From an uncultured Chloroflexia bacterium (lineage in GTDB: Bacteria > Chloroflexota > Dehalococcoidia > UBA2979): a stretch of 64,000 nt of DNA. The position numbers and the translations under genes are program-made. Where the stretch lies: the NCBI GenBank assembly GCA_963728205.1, contig CAVSIV010000006.1, forward strand, positions 1,184,001 to 1,248,000, in the 5' to 3' direction. The notes under the pieces were generated by a model. The model did no database searches. It was not told where the DNA came from and was given only the letters and a program-made list of their open reading frames with translations. Shown one piece after another: positions 1-11,030 of the stretch. Numbering within the stretch: the stretch's first letter is position 1; each line of letters starts with the position of its first letter.

Positions 1-366
1 CGCCTGCGCGAGGCGCGTGCGCCCGCCACCGCGTCGCTCGTCGCGCCGGGCGAGCCGCAGCAGCGACGGCGAAACGTCGATCCCGACCGGCGGCGTGTCG
101 AGGCTCACCTGCCCATCGAGCGTGCGCGCCAGCGCGCCGCGCGCACAGCCGATATCGAGCAGGCGCTCATGCGGCTTCAGCTTGAGGTTGATGGGCAGGC
201 GCAGCGCGGGGCCATTCGTGAGGAGCTGGCCCTGCTCGCCGAACGCGAGGCGGTGCGCGATGGCACGCGGGTCGGCGCTCGTCAGCCATCGCTCGTGCGC
301 GAGCAGGCGCCGGGCCTGCGCGTGGGCGTACGTGGTGCCGGGTGACGACGCGGACCGTGGTGGCAT
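1..366 (-). CDS. Class I SAM-dependent methyltransferase, partial (runs off window start)
   Basis: Manual translation from ATG 366: MPPRSASSPGTT...LKPHERLLDIGCARGALAR...VGIDVSPSLLRLAR. Contains motif I (LLDIGCxxG) and the post-I GIDVS. Not in the ORF track. Confidence 0.75.
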   Translation of the reverse strand, partial: MPPRSASSPGTTYAHAQARRLLAHERWLTSADPRAIAHRLAFGEQGQLLTNGPALRLPINLKLKPHERLLDIGCARGALARTLDGQVSLDTPPVGIDVSPSLLRLARRDERRGGGRTRLAQA

Positions 367-414
367 CGCTGCGATGGTCGCATCGCGGCGGCGGTGGCTC
401 AACGGCAGCCCGGC

Positions 415-921
415 TCAGCCCCCGAACGGGCCGCCGGCCGATGGCGGGCGCGGCGCATGTGGCGCGTGGTCGGTGAGATCGAACGTCATTCGGACGCGCG
501 CGTCGCGGGCCGCGCCCCAGTCGCACATCGCCGCGAGCTCGCGCAGGCGCGGCGCCAGGTGCTCGTAGCCGGCGACCAGCGGCGCGAGCGTCGAGTCCGG
601 CTGCTCCCACGCCTCCGCGACGGCGCGCGCGCAGGCGGCGAGCTCCACGGCAGGCTGCCATGACCGCTCGAGCTCGAGCTGGTCGGCGCGGCTCTCGACG
701 TGTCGGTCCGCGTAGCGCAGCAGCGGCTTCGGGTCGACGCCGAGCTTCGTGCGCAGGTAGGTCGCGGCCTGCGACAGCTCGTGTTGGCCGCCGTACTGCG
801 CGCTGAACGCCCACGACGCGAAGAAGAGCACGACCGTCGGATCGTCCTGGAACGCGAACGGGCACGGCTCGTCGGTCTCGAACTCGACGAAGAAGCGCTG
901 GCCGGGCGCCGGCGACGTCAT
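415..921 (-). CDS. Hypothetical protein (168 aa)
   Basis: Protein-like composition; start overlaps the stop of the upstream LLM gene. Confidence 0.7.
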   Translation of the reverse strand: MTSPAPGQRFFVEFETDEPCPFAFQDDPTVVLFFASWAFSAQYGGQHELSQAATYLRTKLGVDPKPLLRYADRHVESRADQLELERSWQPAVELAACARAVAEAWEQPDSTLAPLVAGYEHLAPRLRELAAMCDWGAARDARVRMTFDLTDHAPHAPRPPSAGGPFGG

Positions 922-1793
922 CGCGCGGCGGGCGCGCCGAGTGCTTCAGCGAAGCGGACAATCGCGTCGAGGTGCTGGCGCGGCGAGGTGTAGCCGACGT
1001 TCGACGTGAAGAGTGCGACGTGCGTCGCGCCGGCGGCCTCGTGCTGGCGCGCGACCTCGACGTCGCGCGCCACCTCGCCGGTGCTGCGCACGGAGCACTG
1101 CAGGCCGAGCGCGGCGGGGTCGCGGCCGGCCGCCTCGGCGGCGGCGCGGACGTCGCGCATCAGCGGTGCGACGTCGCCGGGCTCGACGCCGAGCGGGAAC
1201 CACCCGTCGCCGAGCCGGCCGACGCGCCGCAGTGCGCGCGGGTCGCGGCCGCCCATCCAGATCGGAACGTCGCGTCGCGGCGGCAGCGGGTTGATGCCGG
1301 CGCGGTCGACGTGCTCCCAGCGGCCGTCGAACGTCACAACCGGCTTGGCCCACAGCGCGCGCAGCAGCGCGATCTGCTCGTCCATGCGTCGGCCGCGATC
1401 GTGGAAGTCCTTGCCGAGCGCGTCGTACTCGACGGGGTTCCAGCCGGTGCCGACGCCGAGCACGAGCCGCCCGGCGCACAGCACGTCGAGTTGCGCGGCC
1501 TGCTTCGCGACGAGCACCGTCTGCCGCTGCGGGAGGATGAGGATGCCGGTCATCAGCTCAATCCGCTCGGTCACGGCGGCCAGGTAGCCGAAGGTGGGGA
1601 AGGGCTCGGGCCATTCGTGCTCGTGCGTGTACGGGCCCTGCCAGCCGCCGGGCCGGTCCGGGTCCGCTCCGAGGACGTGCTCGCCCATCGCGAGCCGAGC
1701 GTAGCCCGCGCCCTCAGCCGTCTGCGCGTACTCGCGCAGCACGGCGGGATCGGAGCCCAGCTCGTAGGAGGGGTAGAAGGCGGTCAGCTGCAT
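918..1793 (-). CDS. LLM-class (probably F420-dependent) oxidoreductase
   Basis: MQLTAFYPSYELG start; GEHV, EPFPTFGYLAAVT, GRLVLGVGTGW, PIWMGG and GDGWFP motifs of luciferase-like monooxygenases. Confidence 0.9.
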   Translation of the reverse strand: MQLTAFYPSYELGSDPAVLREYAQTAEGAGYARLAMGEHVLGADPDRPGGWQGPYTHEHEWPEPFPTFGYLAAVTERIELMTGILILPQRQTVLVAKQAAQLDVLCAGRLVLGVGTGWNPVEYDALGKDFHDRGRRMDEQIALLRALWAKPVVTFDGRWEHVDRAGINPLPPRRDVPIWMGGRDPRALRRVGRLGDGWFPLGVEPGDVAPLMRDVRAAAEAAGRDPAALGLQCSVRSTGEVARDVEVARQHEAAGATHVALFTSNVGYTSPRQHLDAIVRFAEALGAPAAR

Positions 1794-1811
1794 GGCGATC
1801 TCCGGGAGGCT

Positions 1812-1894
1812 CGTGGTTCGACTGCGCTCACCACGAACGGTGGCGTGAGGAGGCCGCGCGCGTCTCCGTTCGTGGTGAGCGTAGTCGAACCACG
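1812..1894. repeat. 29-bp inverted repeat (REP/MITE-like hairpin)
   Basis: CGTGGTTCGACTGCGCTCACCACGAACGG (1812-1840) and CCGTTCGTGGTGAGCGTAGTCGAACCACG (1866-1894) are reverse complements with 1 mismatch. Confidence 0.8.
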
Positions 1895-1909
1895 GACAGG
1901 CACGGCGCG

Positions 1910-3863
<1,954 letters not shown>

Positions 3864-4324
3864 GCGGCCTCACTCACGTACGTGCCCGTGTCGTTTCCGA
3901 GTGTCGCCCGCGCGCGACGCTCGCGCCATGCCCCGGACGGGCGTTCGCGACGGCCGAAGCCGCGTGCGGACGACCCCACCCGCTCGGCCCGGTGCGGGGA
4001 AGTGTTCGGTGCCTCGATCGGGGAGATCCAGGTTCGCGGTCGGGCGAAACGCCGGGCGACGCATGCGCTGCGCGACTCGTCCGAACACGTTCACATGATA
4101 CCACAGGAGCCGGGCCCAGGCACGAATTTCGCGGAAGGCACGGCGCGATGATCATCGCTCTGGGGCGACGACTGACAGGTGATGGCCCGGAGCGTGGGGT
4201 CGCGACGGACGCATCGCTCGAATACTCGCGGTTTCGCCAGCATGCTCTTGTTATTGGCTCGGCGAGTTCGCGCGCGGCGGCGCGCGGCCGCGCGGCGGGG
4301 GGCTCGTGCCTAGAATGGCGCCCC

Positions 4325-4777
4325 ATGGGTGAGCCTCCCTCCGCGATCACGATGGTGCCGATCGGCACGGTCGCCGGCGCCGGCGACGACGTCGCGCGCG
4401 TCGACTGGTCTCGCGCGCGCAGCGAGGTGCGGCTGCGCGACGGCCTCGGCGCGGCCCTGCTGGGCCTGGCCGACTACTCGCACGTGATCGTGATCGGATG
4501 GCTCGACCGCATCCCGGAGGAGCTGCGCGAGCGCACCCGCGCCTACCCCGGCGGCGACGACCGCTATCCGCTCCAGGGCGCCCTCGCGCTGCGCGGCGGC
4601 GCGCGGCCGAATCCCGTCTCGGTGACCGTCTGCCGGCTGCTCGGCATCGACGGCGACACGCTGCGGCTCGAGGGGCTCGACCTCATCGACGGCACGCCCG
4701 TGCTCGACGTGAAGCCGTACATCGCGCACTACGACGCCGCGCCGAAGGCGACGCTGCCGAAGTGGGCGCGCGGGTGA
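4325..4777 (+). CDS. TrmO/TsaA-like SAM-binding methyltransferase domain protein
   Basis: PIGTV, GLADYSHVIVIGWLD, RPNPV and GLDLIDGTPVLDVKPY motifs. Confidence 0.85.
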   Translation: MGEPPSAITMVPIGTVAGAGDDVARVDWSRARSEVRLRDGLGAALLGLADYSHVIVIGWLDRIPEELRERTRAYPGGDDRYPLQGALALRGGARPNPVSVTVCRLLGIDGDTLRLEGLDLIDGTPVLDVKPYIAHYDAAPKATLPKWARG

Positions 4778-5604
4778 GTCCGCGCCGCGAGCCCGGCGGG
4801 CGTCTCCAGCCGGGACCGACCGGTCGCGAGGACCGCGCACCGTCGCCGGCGCGCCGCCCGCCGACGCGCGCGCAGCTCGACGCCGTCTACCGTGCGCTGC
4901 TGTCGGCGTACGGCGAGCAGCAGTGGTGGCCCACCGCGAGCGACGACGACGAGACGCAGCGGCTGGAGATCTGCCTCGGCGCGATCCTCACGCAAAACAC
5001 CTCGTGGCGCGGCGCTGCCGCCGCGCTCGAGCGGCTGCACGCTGCGAACGCCGTCTCCTGCGGCGCGCTGCTCGACCTGCCGCCCGACGTGCTCGGCGAC
5101 CTGGTGCGCCCGTCCGGTCACTTCCGCGTGAAGGCACGCAAGCTCCAGGAGTTCTCGCGCGTCGTGGTCGAGGAGCACGGCGGCTCCGTGGACGCGCTGC
5201 TCGACGCCGGCCCCGACGGCGACGTGGACGCCGTCCGCGCGCGTTTGCTCGACATCTGGGGCGTGGGACCGGAGACCGCCGACGCGATCACGCTCTACGC
5301 CGCGCGCCTGCCGACGTTCGTCGTCGATGCGTATTCGTACCGCCTCTTCGAGCGGCTCGACCTCGCGCCGGGTGAACGCAGGTACGACGTCTACCGCGAG
5401 TTCCTGCTCGACCGCATCGGGCCGGACGTGTGGCGGCTCAACGAGTGGCACGCGCTGATCGTCCGGCACGGCCAGCACACCTGTCGACGGTCGGAGCCGC
5501 GCTGCGACGAGTGCGTGCTGCTCGCGCGCTGCCCGTTCGGCCGGCGTGAGACCGGGCTGCCGGCGCGCGGCGCGCGAGCGGCCGCCGGTGGGCGCCCGGC
5601 ATGA
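4774..5604 (+). CDS. Endonuclease III-like HhH-GPD protein with 4Fe-4S motif
   Basis: WWP, GAILTQNTSW, GVGPETADAI, FVVDAY, C-x6-C-x2-C-x5-C (CRRSEPRCDECVLLARC). Confidence 0.9.
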   Translation: MSPRREPGGRLQPGPTGREDRAPSPARRPPTRAQLDAVYRALLSAYGEQQWWPTASDDDETQRLEICLGAILTQNTSWRGAAAALERLHAANAVSCGALLDLPPDVLGDLVRPSGHFRVKARKLQEFSRVVVEEHGGSVDALLDAGPDGDVDAVRARLLDIWGVGPETADAITLYAARLPTFVVDAYSYRLFERLDLAPGERRYDVYREFLLDRIGPDVWRLNEWHALIVRHGQHTCRRSEPRCDECVLLARCPFGRRETGLPARGARAAAGGRPA

Positions 5605-5609
5605 ACCCT

Positions 5610-5635
5610 CGCTCCGCGCTCCGCGCTCCGCGCTC
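5610..5635. repeat. Tandem heptamer repeat (CGCTCCG) x3.7
   Basis: Read directly in the intergenic sequence. Confidence 0.7.
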
Positions 5636-5806
5636 GGCTTCTGGCCGGCGGCCGGCGTGGGATGCGGGACGGGGCTGCTGCGGCCGTAGATGGGGGCGGC
5701 GGATTCGTCGTCGGCGCGCGCCTCGGGTGGGCCGTCGACGTGGCGCTGCGCTGGGGCCGGGGCAGCGGGGGGAGCGGGGGCGACGACGACGAGTGAGGAG
5801 GCGAGC

Positions 5807-6205
5807 GTGGCGACCACGACCACCGAGCAGCTGCAGGCGGGCATGCCGTTTGCGCGCGTGCTGGGCATTGAGCTCATCGCAGCGACGGCGGACGAGGTGC
5901 GCGGCCGGATGCCGTGGACGGCCGACCACTGCACGGCCGGCGGCGTGCTGCACGGCGGCGCGCTGGTCGCCTTCGCCGACAGCGTCGGCGCGGTGTGCGC
6001 GGGGCTGAACGCCGCGGGTGGGATGAGCGGCACGGTCGAGCTCAAGGTGAACTATTTGCGACCGATTGCCGCCGGCTGGGTGGCGTCGGTGACGCGCCCC
6101 GTGCACGTCGGCGGGTCGACGGTCGTCGTGCAGACGGAGCTGTTCGACGAGAGTGGACGCCGCGCCGCGCTCGTCACGCAGACACACATGCGCACCGGGC
6201 GGTGA
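5807..6205 (+). CDS. PaaI family thioesterase (hotdog fold)
   Basis: GVLHGGALVAFADS and TVELKVNYLRP; GAGGAG RBS before GTG 5807. Confidence 0.9.
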   Translation: MATTTTEQLQAGMPFARVLGIELIAATADEVRGRMPWTADHCTAGGVLHGGALVAFADSVGAVCAGLNAAGGMSGTVELKVNYLRPIAAGWVASVTRPVHVGGSTVVVQTELFDESGRRAALVTQTHMRTGR

Positions 6206-6260
6206 CGGCACCCGTTCGAAACTTGCCGCCGCCACCGGCCGACCCGACACTGGCGGTCTC

Positions 6261-7352
6261 ATGGAACTCGGCATCATCGGCCTCGCGCGCAGCGGCAAGA
6301 CCTCCCTGTTCAACGCGGTGACGCGCGGGCAGGCGCAGGTCGGCGCCTATTCGTCGCGGAACGAGCCCAACGTCGGCGTGGTGCACGTGCCCGACGAGCG
6401 CGTCGACGCCCTTGCGCGCCTCTACCAGCCGAAGAAGACCACCTACGCCGAGATCCGCTGGGTCGACTTCCCCGTCGCGGGCTTCGGCCCCGAAGGCCCC
6501 GGTGCGGCGTTCATCGCGGACCTGGGCAAGCTGGACGCGCTCGTCCACGTCGTGCGCGCGTTCGAGGACGAGTCGGTGCCGCACGAGGAGGGCAGCGTCG
6601 ACCCGGATCGCGACCTCGAGGCGCTGGAGCTGGAGCTGACGTTCGCGGACCTCGCGCTGATCGAGCGGCGGCTCGGGCGGCTCGAGGCGGAGATGCGGTC
6701 GGTGAAGGCCAGCGAGCGCGGCGCGCTGGAGCGCCAGCGCGAGCTCATGCAGCGGCTGCAGGCGCACCTCGAGAGCGGGCAGGGGCTGCGCTCGCTCGCG
6801 CTCGACGAGAACGACGAGAAGGAGATCCGCAACTACGCCTTCGTGACGCGGCGGCCGGAGCTGATCGTCGTGAACATCGGCGAGGGCGAGCTGGCGCGCG
6901 CGGCGGAGATCGCGGCGGCGTTCGCGGAGCGACATGGCGGCCCCCAGGTCGTCGTCACCGCGCTGTGCGCGAAGCTCGAGGCGGAGCTCGCGCAGATGGA
7001 GCCGGCCGAGGCCGTCGAGTTCCGCGCGGACCTGGGGCTGCCGCCGGAGTCGCCGCTCGACCGCGCGATCCAGGCGGCGTACGAGCTGCTCGGCGTGCAC
7101 TCGTTCCTCACGGCCGGCGAGGACGAGTGCCGCGCGTGGACCGTCCGCCAGGGCGCGACCGCGCCCGAGGCCGCGGGCAAGATCCACAGCGACCTGGAGC
7201 GCGGGTTCATCCGCGCCGAGGTGGTGCCGTGGTCCGACCTCGTGGCGGCCGGATCGCTCGCCGAGGTGAAGCGGCGCGGCCAGCTGCGCACCGAGGGCAA
7301 GGGCTACGTCGTCCAGGACGGCGACGTCCTGAACATCCTCTTCAACGTTTGA
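6261..7352 (+). CDS. ychF: Ribosome-binding ATPase YchF
   Basis: GIIGLARSGKTSLFNA, VPDERV, HVVRAF, AGKIHSDLERGFIRAEV, EGKGYVVQDGD, ending FNV. Confidence 0.95.
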   Translation: MELGIIGLARSGKTSLFNAVTRGQAQVGAYSSRNEPNVGVVHVPDERVDALARLYQPKKTTYAEIRWVDFPVAGFGPEGPGAAFIADLGKLDALVHVVRAFEDESVPHEEGSVDPDRDLEALELELTFADLALIERRLGRLEAEMRSVKASERGALERQRELMQRLQAHLESGQGLRSLALDENDEKEIRNYAFVTRRPELIVVNIGEGELARAAEIAAAFAERHGGPQVVVTALCAKLEAELAQMEPAEAVEFRADLGLPPESPLDRAIQAAYELLGVHSFLTAGEDECRAWTVRQGATAPEAAGKIHSDLERGFIRAEVVPWSDLVAAGSLAEVKRRGQLRTEGKGYVVQDGDVLNILFNV

Positions 7353-7365
7353 CCCGCTCCGAGCG

Positions 7366-7773
7366 ATGACCCCTCGCCTCGTGCTCTCCGTCGCCGGCGC
7401 GATCGTGGTGCTGCTGGCGGCGCTCGCGCTGCTCGCCCTCCTCGCGCGACGCGATCCTGCGGTGCGCGCGCTGATCGGCGACGTGAAGCCGCTGCGGCCG
7501 CGCGAGCAGTGGCGGCTCGGCGTGGCCCTCGCGCGCGATCGTCGCGTGCCGCTCCGCGCACGCCTGCTGCCGGTGGTGCTGGTCGCCTACCTGCTCATGC
7601 CCTTCGACCTGATCCCCGACTTCATCCCGATCCTCGGCCAGCTCGACGACCTTCTCGTCCTGATCCTCACCGCGTGGCTGATCGCGCGGCTGGTGCCGGC
7701 CGCGGTGATCGCCGAGCATCGCGCCGCCATCCTCGCGCGGCGTCCGCCCACGCCCGAAGCGCGAGACCGATAG
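7366..7773 (+). CDS. YkvA/DUF1232 family membrane protein
   Basis: AYLLMPFDLIPDFIPILGQLDD signature. Confidence 0.9.
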   Translation: MTPRLVLSVAGAIVVLLAALALLALLARRDPAVRALIGDVKPLRPREQWRLGVALARDRRVPLRARLLPVVLVAYLLMPFDLIPDFIPILGQLDDLLVLILTAWLIARLVPAAVIAEHRAAILARRPPTPEARDR

Positions 7774-7782
7774 AATCGCGAC

Positions 7783-8640
7783 GTGGCAGACACGAACCCG
7801 GTCGCGATCATCCAGGCTATCGAGGACGCGCTCGACGGCGCGGCCGCCGTCGTCGTCGCGACCGTGACGGACGCCGGCACGCTCGCGGGCGCGGTCGCCG
7901 GCGAGAAGCTGCTCGTGCGGGCGGATGGCGACGTGGTCGGCGGATTTGCCAGCGACGCGCTGCGCGACGTCGTCGTCGAGGCCGCGCGCGAGATGTTCGA
8001 CGCGTTCCCGCGCGTCGGCGTCGAGGTGCTGTACTGCGGTCCCGACGGCCAGGCCGTGACGCGCCGGCACCAGGCGCGGCCGGGCGACGCGCGCGTGATG
8101 CTGCAGCTCTTCGAGGCGCCGTCGCGGCTGATCGTCGTCGGCGGCGGGCATGTTGGGCTGGCGGTCGCGGAGCTGGGCGAGACGCTCGGGTTCGGCGTCA
8201 CGGTGGTCGACGACCGCGAAGAGTTTGCGAACGTCGACCGCTTCCCGATGGCCGAGCGCGTGTGCTGCGGGGAGATCGACGTCGAGCTGGACGGCCTGCG
8301 CATCGACCGCAGCACCTATGTCGTGCTGGTGTCGCGCGGCCACAGGCAGGACGAGATCGCGCTGCGCCACGTCGTGGGGCGGGGGGCGGCGTACGTCGGC
8401 ATGATCGGGAGCAAGCGGCGCACGGCGACGGTGCTCGAGCACCTGATGAGCGAGGGGTTCGCGCGCGACGACCTCGAGCCCGTGGCGACGCCGATCGGGC
8501 TGGACATCGGTGCGGAGACGCCGGCCGAGATTGCCGTTTCGATCCTCGCGGAGATCACCCTCGTGCGGCGCGGCGGGACCGGGCGGCGGATGTCCGAGAG
8601 CAGACCGACGCTGCGCGACTCGACTGCGCCGCCGGCATAG
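7783..8640 (+). CDS. XdhC family Moco-enzyme maturation protein (degenerate CoxI-type domain plus XdhC C-terminal domain)
   Basis: LIVVGGGHVG, VVDDREEFA, RGHRQD, YVGMIGSKRR, PIGLDIGAETPAEIAVSILAE. Confidence 0.9.
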   Translation: MADTNPVAIIQAIEDALDGAAAVVVATVTDAGTLAGAVAGEKLLVRADGDVVGGFASDALRDVVVEAAREMFDAFPRVGVEVLYCGPDGQAVTRRHQARPGDARVMLQLFEAPSRLIVVGGGHVGLAVAELGETLGFGVTVVDDREEFANVDRFPMAERVCCGEIDVELDGLRIDRSTYVVLVSRGHRQDEIALRHVVGRGAAYVGMIGSKRRTATVLEHLMSEGFARDDLEPVATPIGLDIGAETPAEIAVSILAEITLVRRGGTGRRMSESRPTLRDSTAPPA

Positions 8641-8675
8641 ACCGGGCGCGCGCGCGGATGTGATACGCTGGGGAA

Positions 8676-8794
8676 GTCACGCCACGTGAGGGCCGACGCG
8701 GGGCGCTACACCGCGGTCCATGCGACCGCCACCAAAGCAGCCAGTTCCCTCTGGGGCATGGGGGCCGACGCGCATCGGCCCTCATGCTTTTTCT
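8676..8794 (+). ncRNA. Candidate structured small RNA or attenuator with intrinsic terminator
   Basis: Extended -10 TG-A-TACGCT (8661-8669); hairpin GCGGTC/GACCGC; 13-bp terminator stem 8756-8787 followed by TTTTT; 8685-8700 is complementary to 8771-8786. Confidence 0.45.
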
Positions 8795-8965
8795 GCCCCT
8801 CGCGCGGCCCGGTGGCGGTCGCGGGTGCTTTTGCCGAGTGATACGTCCGGCGCGCGCCCGCGGATTCATCGATCGCGACCGCGCTCGGCGAAAACTTCAC
8901 GCCTATACTGTCGGCGAACGCAGGCACCGGCCGGCCACGCCCGGCCGCGGGAACCGGATCGGCTC

Positions 8966-9280
8966 ATGGATCGAGAACTCTTCCGAGAAATCCGCGAGGC
9001 CGCCGAGCGCGGCGAGTCGCGGGTGCTCGCGACGATCGCCACCACGCGCGGGTCGACGCCGCGCAAGCCCGGCGCGTCGATGCTGCTGCGGCCCGACGGC
9101 ACGTTCGTCGGCACCATCGGCGGCGGGTGCGGCGAGGCCGAGGTCTGGCAGGAGGCGATGGAGACGATGGCCGACGGCCGGCCGCGCACCGTCGTCGTCG
9201 ATCTCACCGAGCCGACCGACGGCGACGACAAGATCTGTGGCGGGATCATGGAGATCTTCGTCGAGCGCATCAACCGCTGA
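8966..9280 (+). CDS. Stand-alone XdhC/CoxI N-terminal domain protein
   Basis: LATIATTRGSTPRKPGASM, GTIGGGCGEAEV, ICGGIMEIFVE. Confidence 0.9.
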   Translation: MDRELFREIREAAERGESRVLATIATTRGSTPRKPGASMLLRPDGTFVGTIGGGCGEAEVWQEAMETMADGRPRTVVVDLTEPTDGDDKICGGIMEIFVERINR

Positions 9281-9393
9281 TCCTGCCGCGTTCGGCATGA
9301 GCCCGGGTCCTCCGGCCGCGCAGAGCGTGCTACGATGCTGGCTCGGCCGCGCGACGCGTTATGGCGGCGCCTCGGGTCGGGAAGGAAAGACGA

Positions 9394-9597
9394 ATGTTCG
9401 GAAGCCTCGGCTGGGAGGAGCTGCTCATCGTCCTGGTCATCATCGCGCTGCTCTTCGGAGCGTCGCGCGTGGCCGACCTCGGCGGCGCCCTCGGCAAGGG
9501 CATCCGCGAGTTCCGCAAGGAAGCGCGCGGCGACGAGCCGAAGAAGGACGAGACCGTCGTGCATTCCTCGGCGGAGGAGCCCAAGAAGGACGCCTAA
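9394..9597 (+). CDS. tatA: Twin-arginine translocase TatA
   Basis: GWEELLIVLVIIALLFG...LGKGIREFRK; AGGAAAG RBS. Confidence 0.92.
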   Translation: MFGSLGWEELLIVLVIIALLFGASRVADLGGALGKGIREFRKEARGDEPKKDETVVHSSAEEPKKDA

Positions 9598-9634
9598 TCC
9601 GCCGCCGCGCCGGCGGCCGGACACAGGACGGACG

Positions 9635-9666
9635 AACGCCTCTCGCATGCGCGGGAGGCGTTTCTC
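9635..9666 (+). terminator. Putative intrinsic terminator after tatA
   Basis: AACGCCTCTCGC-ATGC-GCGGGAGGCGTT stem-loop followed by TCTC. Confidence 0.55.
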
Positions 9667-9783
9667 GTGCCCGTCGCCGCTCGGCCGCGCTGTCGCGACG
9701 GGGGCGCGGCGACCCTCTGGTATAGTCCGCGCGCCTCGAGCCGACCCAGCCCGTTCGCACCGACGTTGCCCGGAGGAGTCCGC

Positions 9784-10932
9784 GTGGAGATCGTTGCCGG
9801 CCTGCACCAGCTGAAGACCCCGATGACCGGTCCGGCGCTCCCGTACATGATGCCGTACGTCTTCGAGGAGGCCGATGGGATCGCGCTGTTCGACGCGGGC
9901 TTCGGAACGCCCGAGGCGACGCGCGCGATGCGGGAGCAGCTGGCGGCACTCGGCTACGAGCCGAAGCACATCCGGCGGCTGATCGTGTCGCACGCGCACC
10001 CGGATCACCTCGGCATGGCGCGCTGGGTAAAGGACCAGTCGCCCGACATGGAGCTGGTGATGCTCGGCCGCGAGTGGCAGTGGATCCAGGATCGCTGGCT
10101 GGACAACGAGCACTGGACGCGCCTCTCCGACCGCTGGCTCGTGCGGCACGGGATCCCGCAGACGGAGATCGACGAGGCGCACGCGCAGGCGGCGCTCTCG
10201 CCGACGTCGCCGCGCGTCGTGCCCGGGGCCGCGCCGGCGGCGCGCGCCGCGGTGCCGGCGCGACCCGCCGGTGCGGGCGACGGCGGGGACGGCGAGGACG
10301 AGCTCACGCTCGCGACCGCGGAGGAGGAGGCCGAGGAGCGCGCCGCCGCTCGGCGGTCGCGGTCGATGCCCGGCTTCGACATCGAACCCGACGTGAAGCT
10401 CGAGGACGGCGAGGTCTACGCCTTTGACCGCTGGCGGCTGCAGGCGGTCTGGACGCCGGGGCACACGCCGGGCCACCTTTGCATGTACGAGCCCGTCCAC
10501 CGGCTCATGTTCACCGGCGATCACGTGCTGCCGCACATCAGCCCCAACGTCTCGCTGCATGCCGATCAGGAGGGGACGAGCCCGCTCAGCGACTTCCGCG
10601 ACTCGCTGCGGAAGGTGGCGGCCTTCGACGTCGACCTGGCGCTCCCGGCGCACGAGTTCACGATCCCGGACCTCGCGGGGCGGTGCGCGGTGCTCCTGCA
10701 CCACCACGACGGGCGGCTCGAAGAGGTGCGCGCCGCCATCGGCGACGCACCCGCGACGGCGCGCGAGATCTCGCAGCGCGTGAAGTGGAACACCGGACCG
10801 TTCGACGACTTCAACATCTTCATGAAGCGCAGCGCGGTCGGCGAGACTCTGTCGCACCTGCGGCTGCTGCAGGACGAGGAGCGCGTGCGCCGCGTCGAGG
10901 ACGGGGACGTCGTGCACTGGGTGCAGGCGTAG
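9784..10932 (+). CDS. MBL-fold metallo-hydrolase with C-terminal winged-helix-like domain
   Basis: SHAHPDHLG, TPGHTPGH, TGDHVLP, LPAH; GGAGG RBS before GTG. Confidence 0.9.
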   Translation: MEIVAGLHQLKTPMTGPALPYMMPYVFEEADGIALFDAGFGTPEATRAMREQLAALGYEPKHIRRLIVSHAHPDHLGMARWVKDQSPDMELVMLGREWQWIQDRWLDNEHWTRLSDRWLVRHGIPQTEIDEAHAQAALSPTSPRVVPGAAPAARAAVPARPAGAGDGGDGEDELTLATAEEEAEERAAARRSRSMPGFDIEPDVKLEDGEVYAFDRWRLQAVWTPGHTPGHLCMYEPVHRLMFTGDHVLPHISPNVSLHADQEGTSPLSDFRDSLRKVAAFDVDLALPAHEFTIPDLAGRCAVLLHHHDGRLEEVRAAIGDAPATAREISQRVKWNTGPFDDFNIFMKRSAVGETLSHLRLLQDEERVRRVEDGDVVHWVQA

Positions 10933-11030
10933 CGGCGCTGGCTGGCCGCCGGCGCTCGCCGTCCTGCGCTGCCGACCGCAGCCGGCAGTCGCGTTTCCCC
11001 GCGCCCTGCGGGCACGCGACAATTGGTGCC

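Noticed and set aside
4081-4092. GAAC-AC-GTTC as a LexA box upstream of gyrB
   Set aside because: Spacer is 2 nt rather than 4.
8706-8759. Minus-strand peptide MPQRELAALVAVAWTAV as a type I toxin
   Set aside because: No RBS, short hydrophobic stretch and no supporting evidence.
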